The position numbers were made by a program, and so were the translations under genes. This document shows, piece by piece, positions 29,177 through 38,260 of a stretch of DNA of 64,000 bases. The notes under the pieces are model-generated. The model saw only the letters and a program-made list of their open reading frames with translations, did not search any database and was not told where the DNA came from. The stretch is taken from NCBI GenBank assembly GCA_043823435.1, contig JBDRAV010000013.1:1012-65011 (forward strand), in the 5' to 3' direction. Each line of letters opens with the position of its first letter. The stretch's first letter is position 1. This DNA is from Candidatus Omnitrophota bacterium. GTDB taxonomy: Bacteria; Omnitrophota; Gorgyraeia; Gygaellales; Profunditerraquicolaceae.

Positions 29177-29802
29177 GAAAGCGCATGGTCCAGGAGCAGC
29201 TGATACCCCGCGGCATAAAAAACCAGAGGATATTGGATGTCTGCTTAAGGTTAGAGCGCCATAAATTTATACCTGAAGAAGCAAGGGGTAGCGCTTATGC
29301 CGATTTCCCCATATCGATCGGAGAAGGGCAGACCATATCCCAGCCGTATATCGTTGCCTTAATGACTGAAGAGCTGGATTTAAGCGATAAACACAGAGTA
29401 CTTGAAATCGGCACCGGCTCAGGATATCAAACGGCAATACTGGCAGAATTGGCAGGTGAGGTCTATAGCATTGAAAGATTTGATTCACTCGCCGCCAAGG
29501 CAAAAGCGATAATTGATGAATCGGGTTATAAGAACGTAACGATAAAATCCGGTGATGGAACGCTCGGCTGGAAAGAGGCGTCACCTTTCGACAGGATTAT
29601 TATTACCGCGGCCAGTCCTAAGGTCCCTATGCCGCTTATTGAACAACTTTCCGATAACGGTAAGCTTATCCTGCCCTTAGGTGAAAGCTTCAGCCAGGTC
29701 TTGACCCTGGTCGAAAAAAAAGACGGCGAGCTTAAATATATTAATGTGTGTGGTTGCGTATTTGTGCCGCTGGTAGGCAAATACGGCTATCCCCCTAAAT
29801 AA
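29158..29802 (+). CDS. pcm: Protein-L-isoaspartate O-methyltransferase
   Basis: 214 aa, ...ISQPYIVALMTE...LEIGTGSGYQTA.... Confidence 0.9.
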   Translation: MDYTGLRKRMVQEQLIPRGIKNQRILDVCLRLERHKFIPEEARGSAYADFPISIGEGQTISQPYIVALMTEELDLSDKHRVLEIGTGSGYQTAILAELAGEVYSIERFDSLAAKAKAIIDESGYKNVTIKSGDGTLGWKEASPFDRIIITAASPKVPMPLIEQLSDNGKLILPLGESFSQVLTLVEKKDGELKYINVCGCVFVPLVGKYGYPPK

Positions 29803-29884
29803 CAGTAACAAGGATGTCTTTGCATCCAATCGGGCAATCGGGGGACGTCTTTGAAAGCAAAGCAAAGGGTGTCCCCATAAGAAA

Positions 29885-30382
29885 ATGATTGATCTGATAA
29901 TAAGCTGGTTAAAGGATGTACCTAAGGAATATATAGTACTGCTGGTGGGAGCGCTACCCGTGTCAGAGTTAAGGGGGGCTATTCCGCTTGCCCTGTCATT
30001 CGGCATGCCCCTTGGGAAAGCGTTCTGGCTATCGGTGACAGGCAATATAATTCCCGTATTGCCCGCGCTCTTTCTGCTCGAACCCGTTTCTAACAGATTG
30101 AGGAGGTTTAAGGTATGGTCACGTTTCTTTGACTGGCTCTTTGAGCGCACAAAACGTAAAGCAGATACCGTACAGAAATATGAGGCATTGGGCCTGGCCC
30201 TCTTTGTTGCCATACCCCTTCCGGTGACAGGGGCGTGGACCGGGATAGTAGCAGCATCTTTATTTAAAATAAGATTCAGGTATGCGTTTATTGCGATAAT
30301 AAGCGGCGTCCTTGTTGCAGGTTTAATTGTTTCTGCGCTATGCGTATTCGGCGTGGTTAGCTGGAGGTCTATAGTACAGTGA
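29885..30382 (+). CDS. Small polytopic membrane protein (COG2426 'small multidrug export'-like)
   Basis: 165 aa, ...LPVSELRGAIPLALSFGMP.... Family assignment is from memory. Confidence 0.5.
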   Translation: MIDLIISWLKDVPKEYIVLLVGALPVSELRGAIPLALSFGMPLGKAFWLSVTGNIIPVLPALFLLEPVSNRLRRFKVWSRFFDWLFERTKRKADTVQKYEALGLALFVAIPLPVTGAWTGIVAASLFKIRFRYAFIAIISGVLVAGLIVSALCVFGVVSWRSIVQ

Positions 30383-30882
30383 TACAGGTATATACCGGTA
30401 ACGGCAAAGGGAAGACTACGGCGGCTCTCGGCTTGGCGTTAAGGGCAGCGGGCGCAGGCATGAAGGTCTATATTTGCCAGTTCGCCAAGGGTAGGCATTA
30501 CAGCGAGCTTAATTCTTTAAGAAAGATCAGAAAGATAAAACTGGAGCAATTCGGGGGCACCTATTTTATCAGGAAGAAGCCCGCAACGAAAGATATAAAG
30601 TCGGCACGAAAAGGGCTTAAAAAGGCAACCAATGCCATATGCGCAGGGGCCTACGAGGTGGTAATACTGGATGAAATCAATATCGCTTTAAACCTCAAGC
30701 TCCTAAAAACAGAAGATATCACCGGGCTTATCAAAAATACGCCCCGAAAAACAGAACTAATCCTTACAGGACGTTATGCGCCACGGGAAATTTTAGAGAT
30801 CGCCGACCTGGTAAGTGATATAAAGGAAGTAAAACACTACTACAAAAAAGGTGTAAAGGCAAGAAAGGGGATCGAGTTCTAA
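30379..30882 (+). CDS. cobO: Cob(I)yrinic acid a,c-diamide / corrinoid adenosyltransferase (CobO/BtuR type)
   Basis: MIQVYTGNGKGKTTAALGLALRAAG..., 167 aa. GTGA overlap with the upstream gene. Confidence 0.85.
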   Translation: MIQVYTGNGKGKTTAALGLALRAAGAGMKVYICQFAKGRHYSELNSLRKIRKIKLEQFGGTYFIRKKPATKDIKSARKGLKKATNAICAGAYEVVILDEINIALNLKLLKTEDITGLIKNTPRKTELILTGRYAPREILEIADLVSDIKEVKHYYKKGVKARKGIEF

Positions 30883-30890
30883 GATTTAAC

Positions 30891-30919
30891 TTGACAGGTA
30901 AATCGCTTTGTATTAATAT
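30891..30919 (+). promoter_or_regulatory. Sigma70-like promoter (TTGACA-N17-TAATAT)
   Basis: -35 at 30891-96, 17-nt spacer, -10 at 30914-19, 22 nt before ATG 30941. Prediction by eye only. Confidence 0.5.
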
Positions 30920-30940
30920 ATCGAAAAACGGAGGTAGCTG

Positions 30941-31447
30941 ATGTTGGTATTGTTTCTGATCATAGCCGGAATATTATTAAGATTGGCGCCGCACGCGCCT
31001 AATTTTACTCCCGTGGCTGCGATAGCATTGTTCGGGGGAGTATACCTTAGAAAGAAATACGCGCTCATAGTCCCGCTCGCACTGATGATCATCAGTGACT
31101 TGGTGATCGGATTACACGACGTATTCATTTTTACCTGGGGAGGATTTGCCCTCGTCACGCTGATCGGGCTCTGGCTGAAGAATCGCAAGAGCGTACTTCG
31201 CACGGCATCGGCTTCCCTGGTTTCTTCGTTTATCTTTTATATATTTACCAACTTCGGCGTATGGATGATGGGTTATTACCCGCGTAATTTTAAAGGGCTT
31301 ATTGATTGCTACATAATGGCGTTACCATTTTTACGCAGCTTTACTTTAGCGACACTGTTCTATGCGGCCGTCTTCTTCGGAATATACGAATTGGCCGCCC
31401 ATTTTGTCAAAGACACAAAGTTATCTAAGGTTCTTTTAACGAATTAA
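30941..31447 (+). CDS. Hypothetical polytopic membrane protein (about 5 predicted TM segments; possibly ECF-S/vitamin-transporter-like)
   Basis: 168 aa, hydrophobic throughout, located between cobO and the B12 riboswitch. Function not established. Confidence 0.5.
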   Translation: MLVLFLIIAGILLRLAPHAPNFTPVAAIALFGGVYLRKKYALIVPLALMIISDLVIGLHDVFIFTWGGFALVTLIGLWLKNRKSVLRTASASLVSSFIFYIFTNFGVWMMGYYPRNFKGLIDCYIMALPFLRSFTLATLFYAAVFFGIYELAAHFVKDTKLSKVLLTN

Positions 31448-31453
31448 ATATAG

Positions 31454-31599
31454 TTATACCGGATAGGGAAGGCCGTAAAAGCGGCCGCAGTCCCGCTGCT
31501 GTGAAAGGGGACGAAAGCCCTCAAAAGCCACTGGCACAAGATGCCGGGAAGGCAGGGTGAGTAGGAGGATCCTTTAAGCCAGAAAACCTGCCTGTATAA
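31454..31599 (+). promoter_or_regulatory. Cobalamin riboswitch aptamer
   Basis: AGGGAAGGCCGTAAAAGCGGCC..CCCGCTGCTGT (from 31465), GCCACTGG (31527-34), CCGGGAAGGC (31544-53), B12 box AAGCCAGAAAACCTGCC (31576-92), P1 TTATACCGG/CCTGTATAA. Confidence 0.87.
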
Positions 31600-31647
31600 T
31601 GAGGAAAGTGCTTCGCGGATAAGGGCCAAGATAGAATCAGGGTGCAG

Positions 31648-31689
31648 CCCCGAAGTGGTAAAATAAGTTTACCGCTTTCGGGGTTTTTT
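31648..31689 (+). terminator. Intrinsic terminator (riboswitch expression platform)
   Basis: CCCCGAAGTGGTAAA-ATAAG-TTTACCGCTTTCGGGG followed by TTTTTT. Confidence 0.75.
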
Positions 31690-31767
31690 GTTAACCAGCA
31701 GGTTACGCCAAATGATCAGATACATTTGGGCGCTAACCAGCGGGGAGAGCACATTATCCGAGAAAGG

Positions 31768-32454
31768 ATGCAGGTGCCGGATATAAGAGTAGCGTGTTCA
31801 TGGAGCAGCGGAAAGGATAGTTGCCTGGCTTTAGACAGGGCGATTCGTTCCGGATTTAAAGTCGAGTATCTCGTTAATTTCATCTCAAAGGAATACCAGA
31901 GGGTTGCTTTTCACGGTGCACCGGCGGAATTGGCGTATCTGCAATCAGAGGCGCTGGGAATACCCCTGTTCCAGAGGGAAACCACAAAAGATAATTACGA
32001 GGCGGTCTTCAGAAGGACCATGGCAGAACTTAAAACGCTAGATATCCATCAGCTGGTGCGTGGGGATATTTTTCTTATTGACCTGCGTGACTGGGTGGAA
32101 GATGTCTGCGCAAGTGAAGGCATAAAGGTGATTTCACCGATATGGGGCTATCCCCCGGAAGATCTAATCAGGGAATTCGTCCGTTTGGGATTCAAGTCGG
32201 TCTTAACGAGCGTCCAGGCAGACAAACTGAATGAAAGCTGGATAGGCCGTACCATCGACGATAAACTCATCGAAGACTTGAAATCGGTGCCCGGAGTTGA
32301 CCTGTGCGGAGAAAACGGGGAATTCCACAGCCTTGTTTATGACGGTCCGATCTTTAAAAAAATGATCAAAATCATGCAGACCGAAAAAGTATTACGTGAT
32401 AATTACTGGTTTTTGGATATCCAGAAATATGCATTAGAAACAAAAGGAGAATAA
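31768..32454 (+). CDS. Dph6/MJ0570-like PP-loop ATP pyrophosphatase (COG2102, diphthine-ammonia-ligase fold)
   Basis: The ORF-track start 31642 lies in the terminator. ATG 31768 gives MQVPDIRVACSWSSGKDSCLA... (PP-loop) and ...DLCGENGEFHSLVYDGPIF.... Confidence 0.7.
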   Translation: MQVPDIRVACSWSSGKDSCLALDRAIRSGFKVEYLVNFISKEYQRVAFHGAPAELAYLQSEALGIPLFQRETTKDNYEAVFRRTMAELKTLDIHQLVRGDIFLIDLRDWVEDVCASEGIKVISPIWGYPPEDLIREFVRLGFKSVLTSVQADKLNESWIGRTIDDKLIEDLKSVPGVDLCGENGEFHSLVYDGPIFKKMIKIMQTEKVLRDNYWFLDIQKYALETKGE

Positions 32455-32456
32455 AA

Positions 32457-34367
32457 ATGAAGAAAAGAGCATTTGTCATAATGAGCTTGCTGGTTTTTGT
32501 GTCAGCATCTTTGTTCGCCCAGGATCATGGAGGCGATATAGAATTGGATAAAATAGTGGTCACGCCTACCAGGACAGGCGAAAACATAAAGGGCACAACC
32601 AGCGGCGTAACAGTTTTTACCCGCCGCGACATAGAAAACAGTAAGGCAGACAACATGAAAGATTTTATAGAGGATACGGTCGGCCTGGATATCTATCAGG
32701 CAGGAAGTTTCGGCGGCCAGGTATCCGTCTTTCTGCGAGGGACAAATTCGGGGCAGACCCAAATCATGATAGATAATGTAAGGGTATATGACCCTATTGC
32801 GACCAACGCCGCATTCAATCTGGCTTATGTAAAATTAGATAACATAGAGCGCATAGAAATAGTAAAAGGTCCGCAAAGCGTATTGTACGGTTCGGATGCC
32901 ATGGGAGGTGTTATAAATATCATCACCAGAGGAGGGAAAGGGAAGCCAGGCATCAACTTCTTGACCGAAGGCGGCTCCTACGACTCTCACAGGGAGTCCA
33001 TTGACTCCAGTGGCCGCATCAAGGACTTCTCTTATTCATTCGGGATATCAAATTTTAAGAGCCGCGGCATATCTAAGTTCAAGGGGACGACCGAAAAAGA
33101 CCCATATGAGAATATGGACGTTTCTTTACGCCTGGATTACGACATAAATCCTAAAAATAAGGTAGGCGTCATATCGCATTTTACGGATGCTATCTACAAA
33201 TACGATAATTCTATAGGCCTGAAGGATGACCCCGACCTGAAGGGTCATGAACAACAAACAATTTTTACGAATTACATAGAGAATGAACTTACCGATAAGT
33301 GGAAGCAGAGGATACAATTCTCTTTCATGCGCAATTACCGCCAGGACTCAAACGACAGGGATACCTCTTACCCGGATGACTACCTGCGAGACTGGTATAT
33401 AGGAGAGAACCAGCAGCTTGACTGGCAACATACCGTAAAATTGAACCGCGCCGATACTATCGTATGCGGATTCGACTGGCAAAGGGAGAAAGGTAACTAC
33501 TATTATTATACGGAATACCTGGGCGGTTCATCAGAAACGCATTTTCCTAAAGTGCTCAGCCGCACAAAAGGATATTATCTGCAAAATATTCTCAATATAG
33601 ATGATACATTCCGTCTCAACACTGGAATAAGGGTAGATGACCATTCTTATGCTGGGACGAGGGAGAGTTATAAAATAGACGCAAGCTACCTTTTTAAAAC
33701 AGGGACAAGGGTAAAAGGGGGATGGGGGACAGCTTTTAAGGCGCCGACCTTATACCAACTTCACGCTTTACCAGATCCTTGGTTCGGAGGCGGAAACCCT
33801 AACCTCCAGCCTGAAGAGAGCCAAACCTATGAAGCCGGCTTTGAGCAGAACGCATTTAGTGACAAGTTAAAATTCCAAACAGTCTATTTCCATACCCAAT
33901 TAAAGAACCTGATTGACGCAAAATATAACCCTGCCACATGGATGACGAACCAATACTCCAATGTCGGCAAGGCGCGCATCTTTGGTTATGAAAATAGCGC
34001 GAGCTTCTCTCCATTCAAGGAGATCAGGGCCGATGCCGGATATACCTGGATGGATACAGAGGATAAGAGTAACGGAGACGAATTACTCAGGCGTGCCAAG
34101 AACAAATATTTTGTGAATCTTAAGTATATCCCAAATGAAAAGTTGGATTTTAGCTTAAAATTTACCTATGTCGGACGCAGAAGTGATTCCGCAAACCGCC
34201 TGCTTAAAGCATACACAAAGCTTGATTTAAACAGCAATTATAAATTGAACTCCGGGCTTGAAGCTTTCGTAAGGATGGAGAACGTAACAGATGAAGTATA
34301 CGAAGAGGTAAAAGGTTACGCAGAACCGGGGCGCGCTTTCTATGGAGGCGTGAAACTGTCTTTTTAG
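32457..34367 (+). CDS. TonB-dependent outer-membrane receptor (BtuB-like)
   Basis: 636 aa, signal peptide, TonB box DKIVVTPTR, plug plus barrel, terminal ...GGVKLSF. Downstream of the B12 riboswitch. Confidence 0.9.
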   Translation: MKKRAFVIMSLLVFVSASLFAQDHGGDIELDKIVVTPTRTGENIKGTTSGVTVFTRRDIENSKADNMKDFIEDTVGLDIYQAGSFGGQVSVFLRGTNSGQTQIMIDNVRVYDPIATNAAFNLAYVKLDNIERIEIVKGPQSVLYGSDAMGGVINIITRGGKGKPGINFLTEGGSYDSHRESIDSSGRIKDFSYSFGISNFKSRGISKFKGTTEKDPYENMDVSLRLDYDINPKNKVGVISHFTDAIYKYDNSIGLKDDPDLKGHEQQTIFTNYIENELTDKWKQRIQFSFMRNYRQDSNDRDTSYPDDYLRDWYIGENQQLDWQHTVKLNRADTIVCGFDWQREKGNYYYYTEYLGGSSETHFPKVLSRTKGYYLQNILNIDDTFRLNTGIRVDDHSYAGTRESYKIDASYLFKTGTRVKGGWGTAFKAPTLYQLHALPDPWFGGGNPNLQPEESQTYEAGFEQNAFSDKLKFQTVYFHTQLKNLIDAKYNPATWMTNQYSNVGKARIFGYENSASFSPFKEIRADAGYTWMDTEDKSNGDELLRRAKNKYFVNLKYIPNEKLDFSLKFTYVGRRSDSANRLLKAYTKLDLNSNYKLNSGLEAFVRMENVTDEVYEEVKGYAEPGRAFYGGVKLSF

Positions 34368-34419
34368 AATCAACAGAATACTTGTCATAAAAACCTATTT
34401 GTGATAATCTAATCATAAT

Positions 34420-35115
34420 ATGTTTTCCGATAAAGCATTCTCCATAGCCTTGACCTTATCCCTGATCACGCACGGGGTTATCTTCTTCCAGAGTAATAAA
34501 TTAAACCTCAATATTTTCCCCAAAAAAGAAAATGAACCACTTTTGGAATTAAGTTACGTAAAGGTTGCCAAAAATGACCCTGTTCTGGAGGAACGCGTGA
34601 AGGCGGTCCCGGACAGGAGCGAACCTCTTCTGAGGCTATCATCAAAGATCGCTAACGCCAAAGTAACGCCTCCCCCGGCCATAAATAAGGAGGGGATCTT
34701 CAACAAAAACGGGGAAGATATCTCCCTGAAAGATTTTTTTGTCAAGCCCGTTTTTGTGAAACCGGATATCATCTCAGTAAAAAAGAAGATTTCGCTTCCT
34801 CCGATAGACCTCGATAAGATCGATAACCCTTTGTATATAAGTTATTATCAGATAGTCCGAGAGAAGATCAGGCGGGCGGCCTACCAGAATTATACCCGTA
34901 CCGAAACGGGAGAGGTCTACCTTTCTTTTCTGATATCCCAGGATGGCTCCCTAAAAACCATTAAATTCATAGAAGAAAAGTCTTCCCCCAGCTCCTATCT
35001 AAATCAAACCGCGTTAAAGAGCATAAAGGACGCATCTCCCTTCCCCAGCTTCCCCAAGGAGCTGGATTACCCCCAGCTATCTTTCAATGTAGTAATCTCA
35101 TTTGAAGTGGAATAA
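34420..35115 (+). CDS. TonB-family energy transducer (C-terminal TonB domain)
   Basis: 231 aa, N-terminal TM, proline-containing linker, C-terminal ...GEVYLSFLISQDGSL...PFPSFP.... Confidence 0.72.
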   Translation: MFSDKAFSIALTLSLITHGVIFFQSNKLNLNIFPKKENEPLLELSYVKVAKNDPVLEERVKAVPDRSEPLLRLSSKIANAKVTPPPAINKEGIFNKNGEDISLKDFFVKPVFVKPDIISVKKKISLPPIDLDKIDNPLYISYYQIVREKIRRAAYQNYTRTETGEVYLSFLISQDGSLKTIKFIEEKSSPSSYLNQTALKSIKDASPFPSFPKELDYPQLSFNVVISFEVE

Positions 35116-35320
35116 GTTCTCTAGCACTGCAGCTTAAGTCGTTCTGTACTCGTAAGTTGTGCGCTCTAAACCTATCACCCTTTTATAGTTATAATAAGGT
35201 GGGGTGTAAATTCATCCGTTGCTCTATTAAGTAGCCGCGGATGATTCCGAAGCGAAGCGAGGAACTAGCCCATACAACTTACTCGCACTATCGTGTTCGT
35301 AAGTTGTGCGCTCATTTAAA
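35116..35320 (+). repeat. Bipartite intergenic repeat: one degenerate partial unit plus one full unit with a ~56-nt insertion in the linker
   Basis: 35151-35166 CGTAAGTTGTGCGCTC with junction TAAACCTAT. Hairpin 1 plus TAAATTC at 35176-35212. Insert at 35213-35268. CCCATACAACTTAC...GTAAGTTGTGCGCTCATTTAA at 35269-35319. Confidence 0.8.
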
Positions 35321-35323
35321 TAA

Positions 35324-35352
35324 TTGACATCTGGATTAATCGGTGCTAGAAT
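35324..35352 (+). promoter_or_regulatory. Sigma70-like promoter (TTGACA-N17-TAGAAT) for rpsU
   Basis: -35 at 35324-29, -10 at 35347-52, directly after the repeat tail. Prediction by eye only. Confidence 0.6.
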
Positions 35353-35379
35353 ATATACTTTATAAAGGAGATGATCGAG

Positions 35380-35541
35380 ATGCCAGAAATTGAGATCAAG
35401 AAGGATGAGTCTTTTGAATCGGCGCTACGCCGGTTTAAAAGAAAGATCGAGCAGGAAGGTATCCTGAGGGAGCTCAGGGACCGCAAGCATTACGAAAAGC
35501 CGAGTGAACGTAAAAGGAGAAAAACCAGAGGCAGAAGGTAG
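35380..35541 (+). CDS. rpsU: 30S ribosomal protein S21
   Basis: Below the ORF-track cutoff. My translation is [62 protein letters not shown] lies 9 nt upstream; an in-frame ATG at 35371 is less likely. Confidence 0.92.
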   Translation: MPEIEIKKDESFESALRRFKRKIEQEGILRELRDRKHYEKPSERKRRKTRGRR

Positions 35542-35544
35542 GTT

Positions 35545-36468
35545 ATGTCTTTAGCGCTTTCTACCTCCTGGAATGCATTCCGTTACAGCGACGGGAAAGG
35601 ACTGCTTTCCGAAATAAGGTCCATAGGCTTTGAAGAAGTAGAATTAAGCTTTAATCTCACCGAAAACCATTTAAAAGATATCGAGAAGGAAGTACTGGAT
35701 AAGCAGATACGTGTTACAAGCGTGCATAATTTCTGCCCCATACCGCAGGGCCTGAATCGAGAAGAGGCCCTTCCTGATTATTACTCCATGGCTTCACTTG
35801 ACGAAGAAGAGCGTAAAAAATCTGTTAAATATACAAAAAACAGTATAGATACGGCCAGGCGCATGAATGCCAGAGTCCTTGTCCTGCACTGCGGAAGGTT
35901 AGATGTCAAGGACGGCACGAGAGATTTGATCAATCTTTACGAAAGAGGCCTTAAAGGTTCGAGAAGATTTCAGAAGATAAAAGAAGACGTGATTGAGGTC
36001 AGAAGCAGGTTTTGCAAACCATTTTTAGAGAAGACGTTAAAGAGCCTGGAAGAGCTAAATCGTTATGCCACAGGAGAGGGGATACTTTTAGGGGTTGAGA
36101 CCCGTTTTTATTACCGCGAGATCCCTTCGATCGATGAAATAAAGATAATCCTTGAAGAGTTCAGGGGTTCGAATATATTCTACTGGCATGATATGGGCCA
36201 CGCCCAGGTTATGGAGAATTTAGGTTTTAGCACCCACAAAGAGTACCTGGATTTATACGCTGATGATATGATCGGGGTACACCTGCATGATGTCAGCGGT
36301 TGCAAAGACCATAAGGCTCCGCTTAAGGGAGAAATCGGCTTTGAGCGCTTAAAGCCCTATATGAAAGAAGATACCTTAAAGATAATCGAAGCGCACCACC
36401 CGGCGACAGCCGTAGATTTAAAAGAAAGTAAGGCGTTCCTGGAATCCGTTTTAAATGGTAAAACCTGA
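35545..36468 (+). CDS. Sugar phosphate isomerase/epimerase (xylose-isomerase-like TIM barrel)
   Basis: 307 aa, AP-endonuclease-2/TIM-barrel-like pattern (..VLHCG.., ..HDMGH.., ..HLHD..). Confidence 0.68.
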   Translation: MSLALSTSWNAFRYSDGKGLLSEIRSIGFEEVELSFNLTENHLKDIEKEVLDKQIRVTSVHNFCPIPQGLNREEALPDYYSMASLDEEERKKSVKYTKNSIDTARRMNARVLVLHCGRLDVKDGTRDLINLYERGLKGSRRFQKIKEDVIEVRSRFCKPFLEKTLKSLEELNRYATGEGILLGVETRFYYREIPSIDEIKIILEEFRGSNIFYWHDMGHAQVMENLGFSTHKEYLDLYADDMIGVHLHDVSGCKDHKAPLKGEIGFERLKPYMKEDTLKIIEAHHPATAVDLKESKAFLESVLNGKT

Positions 36469-37279
36469 AAAGATAAGGCAGCCTGTCGTAGCAGGAAAAT
36501 TTTACCCGTCATCAAGCCGGGACTTGAAAGAACAAATAGGGTCCTTCCTCAGTAAAGACGCGGAGAAATCAGATGTTATCGCATGCATGCTGCCGCATGC
36601 CGGGTATGCATATTCCGGAGCCGTAGCAGGCGAAACTCTCTCCAGGGTAAAGATTAAAGATAGGGTAATACTCTTAGGGCCGAACCATACGGGTTACGGG
36701 CCAAAATACAGTATTATGCCCGAAGGGGTATGGCAGACACCTCTCGGGGAAACCGCCATAGATTCTGAATTCGCAGGAGAGATCCTCAATCGCTGCAAAT
36801 ACCTGGAGGCGGATGACGCGGCACACGCGTATGAGCACTCCCTGGAAGTAGAGTTGCCGTTCTTGCAATATTCAAAGAATGACCTTAAAATCGTGCCCAT
36901 TATCTTTATGTCCGATGAACCGGGCCCCCTTAAAGAGATAGGTAAGGATATTGCCGGATATATCCTAGGGCGGGATATAAAAGATAGATCATTGATTATT
37001 GCCAGCTCCGATATGACCCATTATGAACCCCAGGCCCAGGCAGAGAAGAAAGATAAGGAAGCTATAAAGGCGATACTGGAATTAGACGAAGATATGCTTA
37101 TCGACAGGGTCCGTAGGTTAAATATATCGATGTGCGGATATGCCCCTGTTATAACCATGATTTCGGCCGCTAAGTCTCTCGGGGCAAAAACAGCCGAGCT
37201 GATCAAATACCAGACCAGCGGTGATGTCAGCGGGGATAAAAGCAGTGTTGTCGGTTACGCCGGCATAATCGTATACTGA
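36455..37279 (+). CDS. MEMO1-family protein (AmmeMemoRadiSam system protein B)
   Basis: 274 aa, ...[13 protein letters not shown]...[10 protein letters not shown].... 14-nt overlap with the upstream gene. Confidence 0.8.
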   Translation: MVKPEKIRQPVVAGKFYPSSSRDLKEQIGSFLSKDAEKSDVIACMLPHAGYAYSGAVAGETLSRVKIKDRVILLGPNHTGYGPKYSIMPEGVWQTPLGETAIDSEFAGEILNRCKYLEADDAAHAYEHSLEVELPFLQYSKNDLKIVPIIFMSDEPGPLKEIGKDIAGYILGRDIKDRSLIIASSDMTHYEPQAQAEKKDKEAIKAILELDEDMLIDRVRRLNISMCGYAPVITMISAAKSLGAKTAELIKYQTSGDVSGDKSSVVGYAGIIVY

Positions 37280-37283
37280 TAAG

Positions 37284-37634
37284 ATGGATGAACTCAACAA
37301 GAATATAGACGAAAGCTGGAAAGAGACGGTAGATAAGGAAAAAGCTGGCCTGGAAAAAGAAGGCAAATCCATGCCTAGAGAGCCGGATTTCGCCTTTTTT
37401 ATCACAACCCTCTCCGTACAGGCATCTGTCGACCTCGGATATCTACCTAATCCCGCAACGAACAAAAAAGAAGAGAACCTTACGCAGGCAAAATTCCTTA
37501 TCGATACCCTGGGTATGCTGAAGGAAAAGACAAAAGGAAATCTAAGCCCGGAAGAAGCTAATTATATGGAAAATATACTATATGAATTAAGGATGCAATA
37601 CATAGCGAAGACCGAAAAGAAGGAGGAGAAATGA
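37284..37634 (+). CDS. DUF1844-like protein
   Basis: 116 aa, ...PDFAFFITTLSVQASVDLG.... Family assignment is from memory. Confidence 0.55.
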   Translation: MDELNKNIDESWKETVDKEKAGLEKEGKSMPREPDFAFFITTLSVQASVDLGYLPNPATNKKEENLTQAKFLIDTLGMLKEKTKGNLSPEEANYMENILYELRMQYIAKTEKKEEK

Positions 37635-37786
37635 TAGATAAAGAATTGCTGGAGATCCTGGCGTGCCCTGCCTGCAAGGGGGATGTGGAACTGAAAGATA
37701 ATAAAATAGTCTGCAAGAAATGCATGAAGAAATATCCCATAAAAGACGGCATCCCGATAATGCTGATTGATGAAGCAGAAGGGTAA
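37631..37786 (+). CDS. Trm112/YcaR-family small zinc-ribbon protein
   Basis: Below the ORF-track cutoff. MIDKELLEILACPACKGDVELKDNKIVCKKCMKKYPIKDGIPIMLIDEAEG*. ATGA overlap with the upstream gene. Confidence 0.75.
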   Translation: MIDKELLEILACPACKGDVELKDNKIVCKKCMKKYPIKDGIPIMLIDEAEG

Positions 37787-37819
37787 TATATGTCCTCCTG
37801 GTATTTGGACTAAAAATAT

Positions 37820-38251
37820 ATGAAGAAAATATTAGTAATACACGGGCCGAATCTGAATCTCCTGGGTAAAAGAGAGCCTGATATCTACGGCAGGGTGACC
37901 CTGCAGCAGATAAACAGTGAACTAAAAAAGGCTGCCAGGAAGAGAAAGGTAAGCCTGACCATAAAACAGTCTAACCATGAAGGGGAGATAGTTGACCTCA
38001 TCGGCAGGATAAAGAATAAATACGATGCCCTCCTCATAAATCCCGCTGCCTATACCCATACGAGCGTCGCAATAAGAGATGCTATTGCCGCAAACAGCGT
38101 ATTGGCCGTAGAGGTGCACCTTTCCAATATATACTCCAGGGAAGAATTCAGGCACAAATCCCTTATCAGCCCCGTGGCAAAAGGAACAATAATGGGTTTC
38201 GGCCCAAAGAGCTATACCTTGGGGCTGGAAGCTTTGATAGACCTACTTTAA
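37820..38251 (+). CDS. aroQ: 3-dehydroquinate dehydratase type II
   Basis: [24 protein letters not shown]..., 143 aa. Confidence 0.93.
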   Translation: MKKILVIHGPNLNLLGKREPDIYGRVTLQQINSELKKAARKRKVSLTIKQSNHEGEIVDLIGRIKNKYDALLINPAAYTHTSVAIRDAIAANSVLAVEVHLSNIYSREEFRHKSLISPVAKGTIMGFGPKSYTLGLEALIDLL

Positions 38252-38260
38252 AGGTGCGGA

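Noticed and set aside
29812-29876. Structured leader upstream of the COG2426 membrane-protein gene (GGATG..CATCC; GGGGAC..GTCCCC with inner CTTTG/CAAAG), considered as a guanidine-II/mini-ykkC or fluoride riboswitch
   Set aside because: The loops are not ACGR tetraloops and there is no match to the crcB-motif consensus. It could equally be the pcm terminator region. There is too little signal to call.
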